Source: a bacterium (GTDB lineage: Bacteria; Patescibacteriota; 4484-211; GCA-002791395). From it: a DNA stretch of 64,000 nucleotides. Shown piece after piece: positions 29,908-38,318 of the stretch (its first letter is position 1; every line of letters begins with the position of its first letter). The position numbers and the translations under genes were made by a program. The stretch is from contig JALWZS010000038.1 in NCBI GenBank assembly GCA_027002475.1, positions 46,032 to 110,031 on the forward strand, given 5' to 3'. The notes under the pieces are model-generated. The model made no database searches. It was given only the letters and a program-made list of their open reading frames with translations, and had not been told where the DNA came from.

Positions 29908-30147
29908 ATGGCAAATACAAAAGAAACTATAGTAAAAAGTGGTGAGGTGCTTGAGACCTTGCCAAATACTATGTTTCGGGTACAATTGGATGGCGAATCT
30001 GAGGGTGATGAAGGGCGAGTGATTACTGCAGTTATTGCAGGAAAACTTAGAAAGCATTACATTCGGATTTTGCCAGGCGATCGAGTTGATGTTGAGTTTT
30101 CACCATACGACTTAGATCGTGGGCGAATAGTATATAGATACAAATAA
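29908..30147 (+). CDS. infA: Translation initiation factor IF-1
   Basis: 79 aa S1-like fold ([14 protein letters not shown]...[27 protein letters not shown]) with a ~8-aa acidic insertion (GESEGDEG). Confidence 0.9.
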   Translation: MANTKETIVKSGEVLETLPNTMFRVQLDGESEGDEGRVITAVIAGKLRKHYIRILPGDRVDVEFSPYDLDRGRIVYRYK

Positions 30148-30148
30148 T

Positions 30149-30262
30149 ATGAAAGTCAGACCATCGGTAAAAAAAATGTGTGATAATTGCAAGATTGTAA
30201 GGCGCAAAGGCGTTGTTAGGGTTATATGTAGCAATCCTAAGCACAAGCAAAGACAAGGTTAA
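30149..30262 (+). CDS. rpmJ: 50S ribosomal protein L36
   Basis: Not in the ORF table (37 aa). Manual translation gives [37 protein letters not shown], canonical L36 with the C-x2-C...C-x4-H zinc ribbon. Sits between infA and rpsM. Confidence 0.8.
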   Translation: MKVRPSVKKMCDNCKIVRRKGVVRVICSNPKHKQRQG

Positions 30263-30263
30263 T

Positions 30264-30653
30264 ATGGCAAGGATTTTAGGAGTTGATATACCAGATAATA
30301 AAAAGGTTCCTTACGCATTAAGGTACATCAAAGGTGTGGGACCAGCTATTGCCAACGAAGTAGTCGAGCGTTTAGGGTTAGACCCCAACATGCGAGCTAA
30401 AGACTTAACCGAAGAAGACTTAAGTAAGATCGCTAACCTTTTGGATAAAGAATATATTGTAGAGGGTGAACTGATTCGTAGGGTTAAAGATAATATTAAG
30501 CGTTTGATTGACATTAAAAGTTACCGTGGGAAAAGGCATCGACTTAGCCTTCCTGTGCGAGGACAGCGAACAAGGTATAATGCCAGAACTAGAAAAGGGC
30601 CACGTAAGGTGGTGTCTGGTGTTAGTGTAAGAAAAGCTGTAAGTAAGACCTAA
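30264..30653 (+). CDS. rpsM: 30S ribosomal protein S13
   Basis: Start set at MARILGVDIPDNKKV (canonical S13 N-terminus), 1 nt after the rpmJ stop. The table ORF from 30213 is an upstream extension. Confidence 0.9.
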   Translation: MARILGVDIPDNKKVPYALRYIKGVGPAIANEVVERLGLDPNMRAKDLTEEDLSKIANLLDKEYIVEGELIRRVKDNIKRLIDIKSYRGKRHRLSLPVRGQRTRYNARTRKGPRKVVSGVSVRKAVSKT

Positions 30654-30658
30654 AGAAT

Positions 30659-31051
30659 ATGGCTAAAACGAAACCAACAAAGAAAAAAAAGAAAAACCTT
30701 AAATTACCTAAAGAAGGTAAGGTTTATGTAACATCTACGTTTAATAACACAATCCTTACTGTTACTGATGTTGAGGGTAAGGTTATTACATGGGGAAGTG
30801 CTGGTACTGCAGGCTTTAAGGGAACCCGTAAGTCAACGCCTTTTGCAGCAACAACCAGTGCGCAAAAAGTGGCTGATGATATTAAAAGCAGAGGGATGGA
30901 AACTGTTGATATTTACATAAAGGGAATTGGAATGGGGCGAGATGCAGCAATTAGGGCAATTAGAGCTGCAGGACTAGATGTTCGCTCAATTTCAGATATT
31001 AGCCCAATGCCACACAATGGCTGCAGGCCACGCAAGAGACCAAGGAATTAA
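30659..31051 (+). CDS. rpsK: 30S ribosomal protein S11
   Basis: 130 aa. GVAHINSTFNNTI-type core (YVTSTFNNTILTVTD) and C-terminal PHNGCRPRKRPR. Confidence 0.9.
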   Translation: MAKTKPTKKKKKNLKLPKEGKVYVTSTFNNTILTVTDVEGKVITWGSAGTAGFKGTRKSTPFAATTSAQKVADDIKSRGMETVDIYIKGIGMGRDAAIRAIRAAGLDVRSISDISPMPHNGCRPRKRPRN

Positions 31052-31052
31052 T

Positions 31053-31625
31053 ATGGCACGATATACAGGACCAGATAAAAAATATAAGAAGCGTTTTGCA
31101 CTGCTAGCTGACTCGGGAAGTACTGCAAATGCTAGGACTAGGTTTCGCAGAAAATCCGTCTATGGTGTTAGGCTAGAGGAGAAACAAAAGCTTAAATTTA
31201 TTTATGGCGTACTAGAAAAGCAATTTAGGCGATATTATAACGAGGCAAGGCGTGAGGCAGCTAACACTGGTCTTATTTTAATGCGACTTCTTGAGATGCG
31301 GCTTGATAATGTTGTGTATAGACTTGGCTTTGCAAAGACAAGAAGGGCGGCGCGTCAGCTTGTGAATCACGGTCATGTTTTGGTAAATGATAAAAAGGTT
31401 GATATCCCGTCGTATAATGTCAAGGTCGATGACGTCATTACGCTAAAGCAGAAGTCTTTAGAAATTCCAGACGTTAAGAAAATGCTTAATAATGAAGAGG
31501 ATTATACGGTTCCTAGTTGGTTGGCTAGGAAAGGACCGGTTGGTATGGTAAAATCTGTCCCAGCCGAAGATGATATGAGGACTGATGTTGATGTTCAGTT
31601 AATCATAGAGTATTATTCGAGGTAG
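31053..31625 (+). CDS. rpsD: 30S ribosomal protein S4
   Basis: Start set at MARYTGPDKKYKKRF (canonical S4 N-terminus) directly after the rpsK stop. The table ORF from 30978 overlaps rpsK. Confidence 0.9.
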   Translation: MARYTGPDKKYKKRFALLADSGSTANARTRFRRKSVYGVRLEEKQKLKFIYGVLEKQFRRYYNEARREAANTGLILMRLLEMRLDNVVYRLGFAKTRRAARQLVNHGHVLVNDKKVDIPSYNVKVDDVITLKQKSLEIPDVKKMLNNEEDYTVPSWLARKGPVGMVKSVPAEDDMRTDVDVQLIIEYYSR

Positions 31626-31643
31626 TTATTAGCGGTAAATAAG

Positions 31644-32549
31644 ATGAAATACGAAATAAAATACAAAGTAGTTGAAGAACCATCTGCAAACCGACAGATC
31701 GTTGAGATACAGCCACTAGAGCGCGGCTTTGGTCACACTTTAGGGAATGTTTTAAGGCGTGTTATGCTAGGTCACTTATCGGGTGCTGCAATAACTAAGG
31801 TTAAAATTGATGGGATTCAGCATGAATTTTCTCCAATTGCAGGTGTTCACGAAGATGTAGTTGATTTAATCCAAAATCTAAAGAAGGTTGACTTTAAGAT
31901 GGATCAAATTAAAACCCACATTGTTACGCTAAATGCTAGCGGTGCAGGCGAAGTTAAGGCAGGAGATCTTAAATGTCCTACGGGTATAGAGGTTGTTAAT
32001 AAGGATTTACACATTGCAACTCTTTCTGATAAAAAAAGCAAGCTTTCCATGGAGCTAACCGTTGAGTACGGTAAGGGGTATAAATTGCCTGAATCGGTTG
32101 AGAAAAAACAAGTAGGTGTTATCCCAGTTGACGCAAACTTTTCTCCAATTGTGCTTGTTTCATACACAGTTGAAAGCGCTCGTGTCGGTCGAGAGGCAAA
32201 CCTCGATAAGTTGGTTATGGACATTACAACAGATGGTTCGATTGAACCAAAAACTGCTCTGCAACAGGCAAGTGCCATTCTTGTTGAGTACTTCCAACTT
32301 TTAGCGGGAGATACTGAAGTTTATAAGGAGGAGGTTAAGCAAGAAGCAACTCCTGCCGAAGCAAATACTGAAACCAAAGTGTATATAGAGGAATTAGGGC
32401 TTCCAACTCGAGTAATAAACACTCTTAAAAAGGCAGGATATGAGACTGCAGAGGATATCAAAGCGGCGGGTGAATCTGGTCTTGCCAATGTGAAAAACAT
32501 TGGACCAAAGACTGTAGCGTCGTTACTCAAAAAAGTTGAAGAGCTTTAA
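31644..32549 (+). CDS. rpoA: DNA-directed RNA polymerase alpha subunit (short, 301 aa)
   Basis: N-terminal domain signature (PLERGFGHTLGNVLRRVML). Reduced C-terminal domain with an HhH-like segment. Confidence 0.9.
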   Translation: MKYEIKYKVVEEPSANRQIVEIQPLERGFGHTLGNVLRRVMLGHLSGAAITKVKIDGIQHEFSPIAGVHEDVVDLIQNLKKVDFKMDQIKTHIVTLNASGAGEVKAGDLKCPTGIEVVNKDLHIATLSDKKSKLSMELTVEYGKGYKLPESVEKKQVGVIPVDANFSPIVLVSYTVESARVGREANLDKLVMDITTDGSIEPKTALQQASAILVEYFQLLAGDTEVYKEEVKQEATPAEANTETKVYIEELGLPTRVINTLKKAGYETAEDIKAAGESGLANVKNIGPKTVASLLKKVEEL

Positions 32550-32606
32550 TAAAAGTCCTCTTTATTCTATATTCTTCCTCGCGTCTTTACCTGCAGAAAG
32601 GTAAGT

Positions 32607-32984
32607 ATGAATAAAAGAAAAAATACAGTAAAACTAAGCAGAGATAAAGGGCACCGCGATGCGCTTCTTAGAAATATGGCGCAAGATCTTATTTTGCGAG
32701 AGAAAATTAAGACCACATTGGCTAAAGCAAAGGCGTTACGACCGTTTGTTGAGCCATTGATTACAAGAGCACGTGAAGATACTCCACATAACCGCCGATT
32801 GGTGGGTAGGGTTTTGTACACAAAAGAAGCACTCGACAAGTTGTTTAAAGAAGTTGCTCCACGATATCGAGAGCGTAAAGGTGGTTACACTCGTATAGTA
32901 AAATTAGGTGCACGTTCAGGAGATGCTGCCGAAGCGGCAGTAATTATGTTGGTTGAAGAAAAAAAGGAAGATAAAAAGAAATGA
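32607..32984 (+). CDS. rplQ: 50S ribosomal protein L17
   Basis: 125 aa. TLAKAKALRPFVEPLITRA and GGYTRIVKLGARSGDAAEAAVI are canonical. Has a Lys-rich tail. Confidence 0.9.
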   Translation: MNKRKNTVKLSRDKGHRDALLRNMAQDLILREKIKTTLAKAKALRPFVEPLITRAREDTPHNRRLVGRVLYTKEALDKLFKEVAPRYRERKGGYTRIVKLGARSGDAAEAAVIMLVEEKKEDKKK

Positions 32985-33412
32985 AAACGAAAAACGTAGT
33001 AAAGCCAAAAAAAATTGAAAGGAAATGGTATGTCGTTGATGCTAAGGGTAAGGTAGTTGGACGGTTGGCGTCTAAAATCGCTACCGTTTTACAAGGGAAA
33101 AATAATCCATACTATAGTCCACAGTGGGACATGGGAGATCACGTAGTTGTTATAAATTCTGACGAAGTTGTGTTTACAGGTAAAAAGGAAACCGATAAGG
33201 TGTACTATCGCCATACTGGATATCCTGGAGGTATTAAAGGCGAAACCCCACGTGATGTTAGACTTCGGGATTCCCGCTTGATTATTGAACGTGCAGTTAG
33301 GCGCATGCTCCCTAAAAATAAATTAGCTAAAGAGATGATAAAGAAATTGCATGTGTTTAAAGATGATAAGCACACGTATGAGGCTCAAAAGCCACAAACG
33401 CTAGATATATAA
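32981..33412 (+). CDS. rplM: 50S ribosomal protein L13
   Basis: 143 aa. KWYVVDAKGKVVGRLAS... is the canonical L13 N-terminus. Confidence 0.9.
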   Translation: MKTKNVVKPKKIERKWYVVDAKGKVVGRLASKIATVLQGKNNPYYSPQWDMGDHVVVINSDEVVFTGKKETDKVYYRHTGYPGGIKGETPRDVRLRDSRLIIERAVRRMLPKNKLAKEMIKKLHVFKDDKHTYEAQKPQTLDI

Positions 33413-33420
33413 AAACTAAC

Positions 33421-33834
33421 ATGGCAAAAGAAGAAACTAAAAAAGACAAAATAGTTTGGATATCAGGGCGAAGAAAGACCTCTGTTGCTCGAGTAAAAAT
33501 GAGCAAGGGCAAAGGGGCATTTACTATTGATGAGAAAAGCATAGAAGAGGTATTTCCTCAACTCCTTGATAGAGAAAAATTACTTAAGCCGTTTAAGGTA
33601 GCTGGGCGTGACGTAAAAGGTTATGACATTTCAATTAAGCTTTCTGGTGGTGGGAAAAAGAGTCAATTGATTGCTGCACAGTTAGGGCTTGCAAAGGCTT
33701 TGGTTGAAATGGAAGCTAACTTAAGACCACTTCTTAAAGATGCAGATCTTCTAACTCGAGATCCAAGAATGAAGGAGCGAAAGAAATACGGATTGAAGCG
33801 TGCACGTAAAGCTCCTCAATTTAGTAAGAGGTAA
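33421..33834 (+). CDS. rpsI: 30S ribosomal protein S9
   Basis: 137 aa. GRRKTSVARV motif and C-terminal KRARKAPQFSKR. Confidence 0.9.
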   Translation: MAKEETKKDKIVWISGRRKTSVARVKMSKGKGAFTIDEKSIEEVFPQLLDREKLLKPFKVAGRDVKGYDISIKLSGGGKKSQLIAAQLGLAKALVEMEANLRPLLKDADLLTRDPRMKERKKYGLKRARKAPQFSKR

Positions 33835-33898
33835 CCTTTTACTCTCAAGTTAAATCCTACTAAATGAAAAGGCATAGAATTGCCTGCTACGTCGCTAG

Positions 33899-33921
33899 AT
33901 TTAAGAGCTTACCTCTTAAAT
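33899..33921. terminator. Conserved AT-rich hairpin ATTTAAGAG-CTTAC-CTCTTAAAT between convergent rpsI and HD gene (copy 1 of 2)
   Basis: Perfect 9-bp inverted repeat with 5-nt loop, sitting between two convergent stop codons. A near-identical 23-mer is at 57675-57697. Confidence 0.4.
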
Positions 33922-33925
33922 CGAT

Positions 33926-34576
33926 CTATTCTTGATTGATATCTTTTGAAAGTAGCGCGATGTTATACCTAAGCTTTTTAAGTAAAGTGCATTCGGGATA
34001 CTTTTTTTCTATTAATTCTAGATGTTCCTTCCAACGTTTGAGTTTTTCGGTAGGAGAAAAGTGAAAAACACTCCAAGGTATGACCTTACCCTGCTCGAGC
34101 ATCCTAACTAGATCGTTTGTGTTCTCAATCATATCTGCGCATTTGATAAAAAGCGCCTTTTCTGGCGCTTCCTTTAGCCTATCAAAGGAGTCCTGCTTCC
34201 TAAGAGAGCGGTTCTTGATTGTTTTGTCATCAGATAGTGCCCATACAATGTCCGCGATTTCTGGGGTTAGCTCGTATCCGAGTGTTGATTTAGCTACATT
34301 ATTGTTATGCTCTTCGTCGTTTTCGTCTTCTAAAACATCGTGAACAATCGCAGCAGCAATTAACTCATTTGACGCGCCTGCTTGATAGAGAATGTGGGCT
34401 ACTCGTAGTGGATGGATTAAGTATGGAGCATTTTCGATTCTTCTTTTTTTGCCGTTGTGTTTTTTCTTGGCAATTTCTATAGCTTTTGTTATTAACGGGG
34501 AGTTTGGCAGATTACTTATGAGTTTATCGATTTCGTTAGCCATAAATATAGGCAGAATTTTCTCATAAAGAGACAT
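33926..34576 (-). CDS. Stand-alone HD-domain (p)ppGpp hydrolase-like protein (RelA/SpoT-HD / Mesh1-SAH family)
   Basis: 216 aa. APYLIHPLRVAHIL...AAAIVHDVLED matches the RSH hydrolase HD signature (HPLxVA...HDVxED). No synthetase domain. Confidence 0.65.
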   Translation of the reverse strand: MSLYEKILPIFMANEIDKLISNLPNSPLITKAIEIAKKKHNGKKRRIENAPYLIHPLRVAHILYQAGASNELIAAAIVHDVLEDENDEEHNNNVAKSTLGYELTPEIADIVWALSDDKTIKNRSLRKQDSFDRLKEAPEKALFIKCADMIENTNDLVRMLEQGKVIPWSVFHFSPTEKLKRWKEHLELIEKKYPECTLLKKLRYNIALLSKDINQE

Positions 34577-35431
34577 CTAGTGCAAAGTATTTTTCCGGTA
34601 CCACTCGAACAAGAATTGACCTGCATAAAGGGCATACCCGCCAAACTGTTGCTTGGTAAACTCACGGTATTCTTGATACTTTAAGTTTCCTGATAAGCCG
34701 TAAAGATCTACTAATATTCGTTTTCCCCATACATCCATTGGCGTTACGTTCTCAAACCCTGCAGCAAATGCCAGTACGCAGTCCGCAATTTTATCTCCGA
34801 CTCCATGAAGTTTTAGTAACTCTTCTCTTAACTTAGTTTCATTCATCTGTAAATATCTTTCACTTAGTCGTTTTTCCGTTAGTAATTTGGCAGTTTCTTT
34901 TAAGTATTTTGCTCGAAATCCTACACTTGTTTTTTGTAGGTCTTTGATGCTAAGAGATGCAATCTTTTTAGCGGTAGGGAATAAATTGACCTTGCCTATT
35001 CCTGGAATATTTATCTTTTCTCCAAATAGCTTAGAAAGTTTCCTAACCGATCTTCGAATAGATTTTATATTGTTATTTGCAGAAATAATAAAAGTTAGCA
35101 CCGTGTAGTTAAACGGTTGTTTTAAGACTCTTATGTTAGGGTGTGTTTTTATGGCTTTCGCAATTATTGGATCTTGTTTGATAGTTTCAATTATTTTCAT
35201 ATAGTCTTTTTTTATTTGAAAGTACTCTTTTATAAAGCTAAGGTCGTTTTGTTTAGGATATGTTTGCCAATAAAGAGTATCTTTTGTTGGTCTAATGACG
35301 ATAGCATTGGTGTCTGTTGTTCCAAGGTAAGTTTTATTATCAGACAATTTATCCCAGCTAAATGACTGTCCTCCAAGCAAGGTTAAGTCGTAATTGAAAT
35401 CGGTTAACGGAATTTTATTAAAGCTAGCCAT
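34577..35431 (-). CDS. HhH-GPD DNA glycosylase/AP lyase, Ogg-like (8-oxoguanine)
   Basis: 284 aa. HhH-GPD signature LKLHGVGDKIADCVLAFAAG...TPMDVW (Lys and Asp catalytic pair). Abuts the HD gene with no gap, so likely an operon. Confidence 0.7.
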   Translation of the reverse strand: MASFNKIPLTDFNYDLTLLGGQSFSWDKLSDNKTYLGTTDTNAIVIRPTKDTLYWQTYPKQNDLSFIKEYFQIKKDYMKIIETIKQDPIIAKAIKTHPNIRVLKQPFNYTVLTFIISANNNIKSIRRSVRKLSKLFGEKINIPGIGKVNLFPTAKKIASLSIKDLQKTSVGFRAKYLKETAKLLTEKRLSERYLQMNETKLREELLKLHGVGDKIADCVLAFAAGFENVTPMDVWGKRILVDLYGLSGNLKYQEYREFTKQQFGGYALYAGQFLFEWYRKNTLH

Positions 35432-35464
35432 AGTTTTTAATTATAGCGTTAAAAAGTAACTTGC

Positions 35465-35493
35465 TTGACAAGGGCGACGCTATGGGTTAGTAT
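35465..35493 (+). promoter_or_regulatory. Near-consensus sigma70 promoter (TTGACA-N17-TAGTAT)
   Basis: TTGACA at 35465-35470, 17-nt spacer, TAGTAT at 35488-35493. Drives the small ORF plus a structured ~250-nt leader upstream of the ABC transporter. Confidence 0.5.
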
Positions 35494-35522
35494 GCTTGCG
35501 CCCCATGATTACAAATAAAAAT

Positions 35523-35639
35523 ATGACAACAAAACAAATTAAACAATTAATAAGGGTTGAAGTGGCTGTAGCTACCTTAAGCCTTGCCTGCGCTGGCTAC
35601 TGTAGTCGGCACATACTTTCGGATCCGCCTCGTCATTAA
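35523..35639 (+). CDS. Hypothetical 38-aa small ORF (possible leader or precursor peptide) in the ABC-transporter 5' region
   Basis: ATG..TAA giving MTTKQIKQLIRVEVAVATLSLACAGYCSRHILSDPPRH. Begins ~25 nt after the predicted TSS. No clear SD. Followed by an 11-bp bulged hairpin (gtaccgacttgc-atta-gcaagcggtac at 35650-35676). Confidence 0.25.
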   Translation: MTTKQIKQLIRVEVAVATLSLACAGYCSRHILSDPPRH

Positions 35640-35741
35640 CCGGAAACTGTACCGACTTGCATTAGCAAGCGGTACGGCTAAACGGTCTTTTAAAACTAAA
35701 TATCTAGTCTTTTTTCCATATTTCACTCATAGGAGGCAGAA

Positions 35742-37490
35742 ATGTCTGCAATTCGTGCTTTACTCGAGGTTTTTGCTGTCTTTTGGGACATCGTCAAATC
35801 GGTCAGGAGGAGTTTCTACTTTTTCTTTGTACTGATTGTTGTCTATCAAGTGGTGAGTATCGTTGATACGTATGTACTAACATACTCAATCGAGTTTGTC
35901 GGCAAGCATAACGATTGGCAAAGTATTGCTGTTCTCGTTTTGGCGGTATATCTGTTTGACGAGTTTTTCAATCGTTATGACAACTACGTGGATTGGATAA
36001 TTATCATCAAGATTCTTAATCCTATCTACGTATACGTTAAGAAGATGACGCTAGATAGGTTTCTTAGCATGGACTTGTCTTGGCATCATCGCCAACGCTC
36101 TGGAGACCTTTTAACACGTGTTCAGCACGGAATCGACAAGCTGGACTCCATGGCGAACGACATTAGCTGGGAGTTAGCACCGACATTAGTTCAGTTCGTG
36201 CTCTCACTGGCTCCTCTCCTGTGGTTCAGCCCAATCTCGGCAGGGATTCTTGTTCTTTCGCTGCCGCTCTTTTTGCTGTTGTCCGTAAAAAAGCACAGGG
36301 CACAAAAGGAGCTACGCAAAGTTCGACACGACCACTACGCAGAAACTGGAGCGATTGCAATGGAGGCAGTAAACCACATCTCTACTGTTCAACTGTATTC
36401 GTTGCAAGAGCGCTTCATGGGCATGCTTAAAAACTCTCTTCAGATAATCACTGACGCGTTAACGAAAGAGGTTCATCTCGGGATCTATCGCTATGGTCGC
36501 TGGCAAAACCGCATTACGACGTGGGCTAAGCGCGCTGTAATGTTTCTTCTGATCTTACAGGTTCAACGTGGCGAAATAACCTTAGCTCAAGTGATCTTCC
36601 TCTGGGCAATTGTGGAAAAGCTTGTTCACTCGTTTTGGCGATTTGGTAGGTTGTATGACCATGCAGCCGATTCGTCGGAGGCGATATCAAGACTAGCTAA
36701 AATTCGTGATCTTAACTCCGGGATTAGTGTAGGTTCGCGCAATGCGCTTCCTGAGGACAAAACGCTTGAGCTTAACGGTGTTTCCTTTGCTTATAACGGT
36801 GGGGGCGACGCCTTAACTAACGTAACTTTTGGCTTCCAAGCAGGTAAGAGTTATGCCCTGATTGGTCCTTCTGGGGCAGGCAAATCAACGCTTGTTAAGC
36901 TTTTGATGCGCCTTATTGAGCCAACGCAGGGTGTTGTTACTCTCGGCGGAATCGATGTTAAAGAGTTTGGGCTTGAGAGCTTACGCTCTCTTTTCGCTGT
37001 TGTTGAGCAGGAGCCACCTGTAATCAATGACACGATTGCAGCAAACATTGCCTTGGGTAGTAGGAATGCTTCGTTTACTCAAATTGTAGCAGCGGCAAAA
37101 GCAGCCGACTTGCACGGTACGATTGAAGCGATGCCTGAGGGTTACGACACGAACGTTGGCGAGCGTGGTGTCCATCTATCTGGAGGACAAAAGCAACGTC
37201 TTGCAATCGCTCGTGCCTTTTTGCGAGATGCCCCGTTTCTGGTACTCGATGAACCTACCTCCGCATTGGACTCAGTTACGGAGAAGCGCATTCAGGAAAC
37301 TCTCAACGCCTTTCTAACTGACTCCGCAAAGACGGTCATAATCATTGCCCATCGCCTCTCTACAATTCGACATGTGGACGAGATAATCGTTTTGGACAAC
37401 GGGCGGGTTGTAGAGCAAGGCTCTCACAAAGAGTTACTTGCCCGTGGTGGTCTTTATGCCACTATGTGGTATGAGCAAGTAGGAGATTAG
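35742..37490 (+). CDS. ABC transporter, fused permease/ATP-binding protein (exporter type)
   Basis: 582 aa. N-terminal 6-TM domain with no C39 peptidase domain. Walker A GPSGAGKST, signature LSGGQKQRLAIARAF, Walker B LVLDEPTSALD. SD ggagg upstream. GC content visibly higher than the neighbours. Confidence 0.85.
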   Translation: MSAIRALLEVFAVFWDIVKSVRRSFYFFFVLIVVYQVVSIVDTYVLTYSIEFVGKHNDWQSIAVLVLAVYLFDEFFNRYDNYVDWIIIIKILNPIYVYVKKMTLDRFLSMDLSWHHRQRSGDLLTRVQHGIDKLDSMANDISWELAPTLVQFVLSLAPLLWFSPISAGILVLSLPLFLLLSVKKHRAQKELRKVRHDHYAETGAIAMEAVNHISTVQLYSLQERFMGMLKNSLQIITDALTKEVHLGIYRYGRWQNRITTWAKRAVMFLLILQVQRGEITLAQVIFLWAIVEKLVHSFWRFGRLYDHAADSSEAISRLAKIRDLNSGISVGSRNALPEDKTLELNGVSFAYNGGGDALTNVTFGFQAGKSYALIGPSGAGKSTLVKLLMRLIEPTQGVVTLGGIDVKEFGLESLRSLFAVVEQEPPVINDTIAANIALGSRNASFTQIVAAAKAADLHGTIEAMPEGYDTNVGERGVHLSGGQKQRLAIARAFLRDAPFLVLDEPTSALDSVTEKRIQETLNAFLTDSAKTVIIIAHRLSTIRHVDEIIVLDNGRVVEQGSHKELLARGGLYATMWYEQVGD

Positions 37491-37499
37491 AGTAGCCTA

Positions 37500-37534
37500 A
37501 GGGGTGTGTGCCTTAAGCGCACGCCCCTTTTTTC
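37500..37534 (+). terminator. Rho-independent terminator after the ABC transporter
   Basis: 12-bp stem aggggtgtgtgc/gcgcacgcccct (two G-U pairs), loop cttaa, followed by a T6 run. Confidence 0.65.
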
Positions 37535-37554
37535 ATTTGTATGAAGTAGAGTCC

Positions 37555-38256
37555 TTAGTTCAGATTATAAGTTTCTTCCCAGAAGATCTTCATGTTTGTT
37601 TGTACAAGGGCGTCTGTGTGGAAGATCGCATGAATGTTGTTTACTTTGATAGTACTGTGTATTTCCTGACTTAGGATACTCTCTAGCTCTTTGACTACAA
37701 TTGCAAAATCTACGTTTGGCGTTTGAATATCTCCAATAGTAAGATGTGCCTTAAAATTTTCAAATATTCGATAATATCCGTACCTGACCAGGAACTCTTG
37801 GTCTTTCTGGCTAAGTTCGTTGTTTTTGCACCTTATCAAATCCTTTTCGCGTATTTCGTTCGTATGAAACTTGTCTAATAAGTTGGTAAAAAGCATGTGC
37901 TTTTCTAATAGATTGGCACCTGTTACTGGTAGATAAACAAACCCATTGTCTTTAACTTCGATTCCGCCGATTTGCACCGTGAAAGCAGGCATATTGGAAA
38001 CAAGGCTTGTTAGTGCTTGCTGTACGTCTGTAAGGTGTGACTCTTTTAACGGTGTTATCGCATATGTTATATGAGGAGTCGGTGTGTTGTACGTACTGTT
38101 GTAGCGTTTAGCTAAAAATTCTTTGGCTTGTTTTATCCTGTCCTTATTAATCTTGGAAGCAATTGAAAAGACAGTATTTATGACATTAAGTTTCGTACCA
38201 TTAATAATTGCTTCTTCCATACGCAGGAGAATAACAAGTTCTAATTCGCAAGGCAA
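37555..38256 (-). CDS. 2H phosphoesterase family protein (LigT-like 2'-5' RNA ligase / cyclic phosphodiesterase)
   Basis: 233 aa with two H-x-T-x motifs (PHITYA and AHLTIG) at the spacing typical of the 2H superfamily. Confidence 0.5.
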   Translation of the reverse strand: MPCELELVILLRMEEAIINGTKLNVINTVFSIASKINKDRIKQAKEFLAKRYNSTYNTPTPHITYAITPLKESHLTDVQQALTSLVSNMPAFTVQIGGIEVKDNGFVYLPVTGANLLEKHMLFTNLLDKFHTNEIREKDLIRCKNNELSQKDQEFLVRYGYYRIFENFKAHLTIGDIQTPNVDFAIVVKELESILSQEIHSTIKVNNIHAIFHTDALVQTNMKIFWEETYNLN

Positions 38257-38318
38257 CTTTTTGCAATCGTATTTCTCACTGCCGGCTAGTTCTAACCGGC
38301 AGGACAGAAACAGACAAA

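Noticed and set aside
35523-35639. Calling the 38-aa small ORF a RiPP or bacteriocin precursor
   Set aside because: The adjacent ABC transporter lacks a C39 peptidase domain and no modification enzymes are nearby. A leader-peptide or attenuator role is equally plausible, so it is reported only as a hypothesis.
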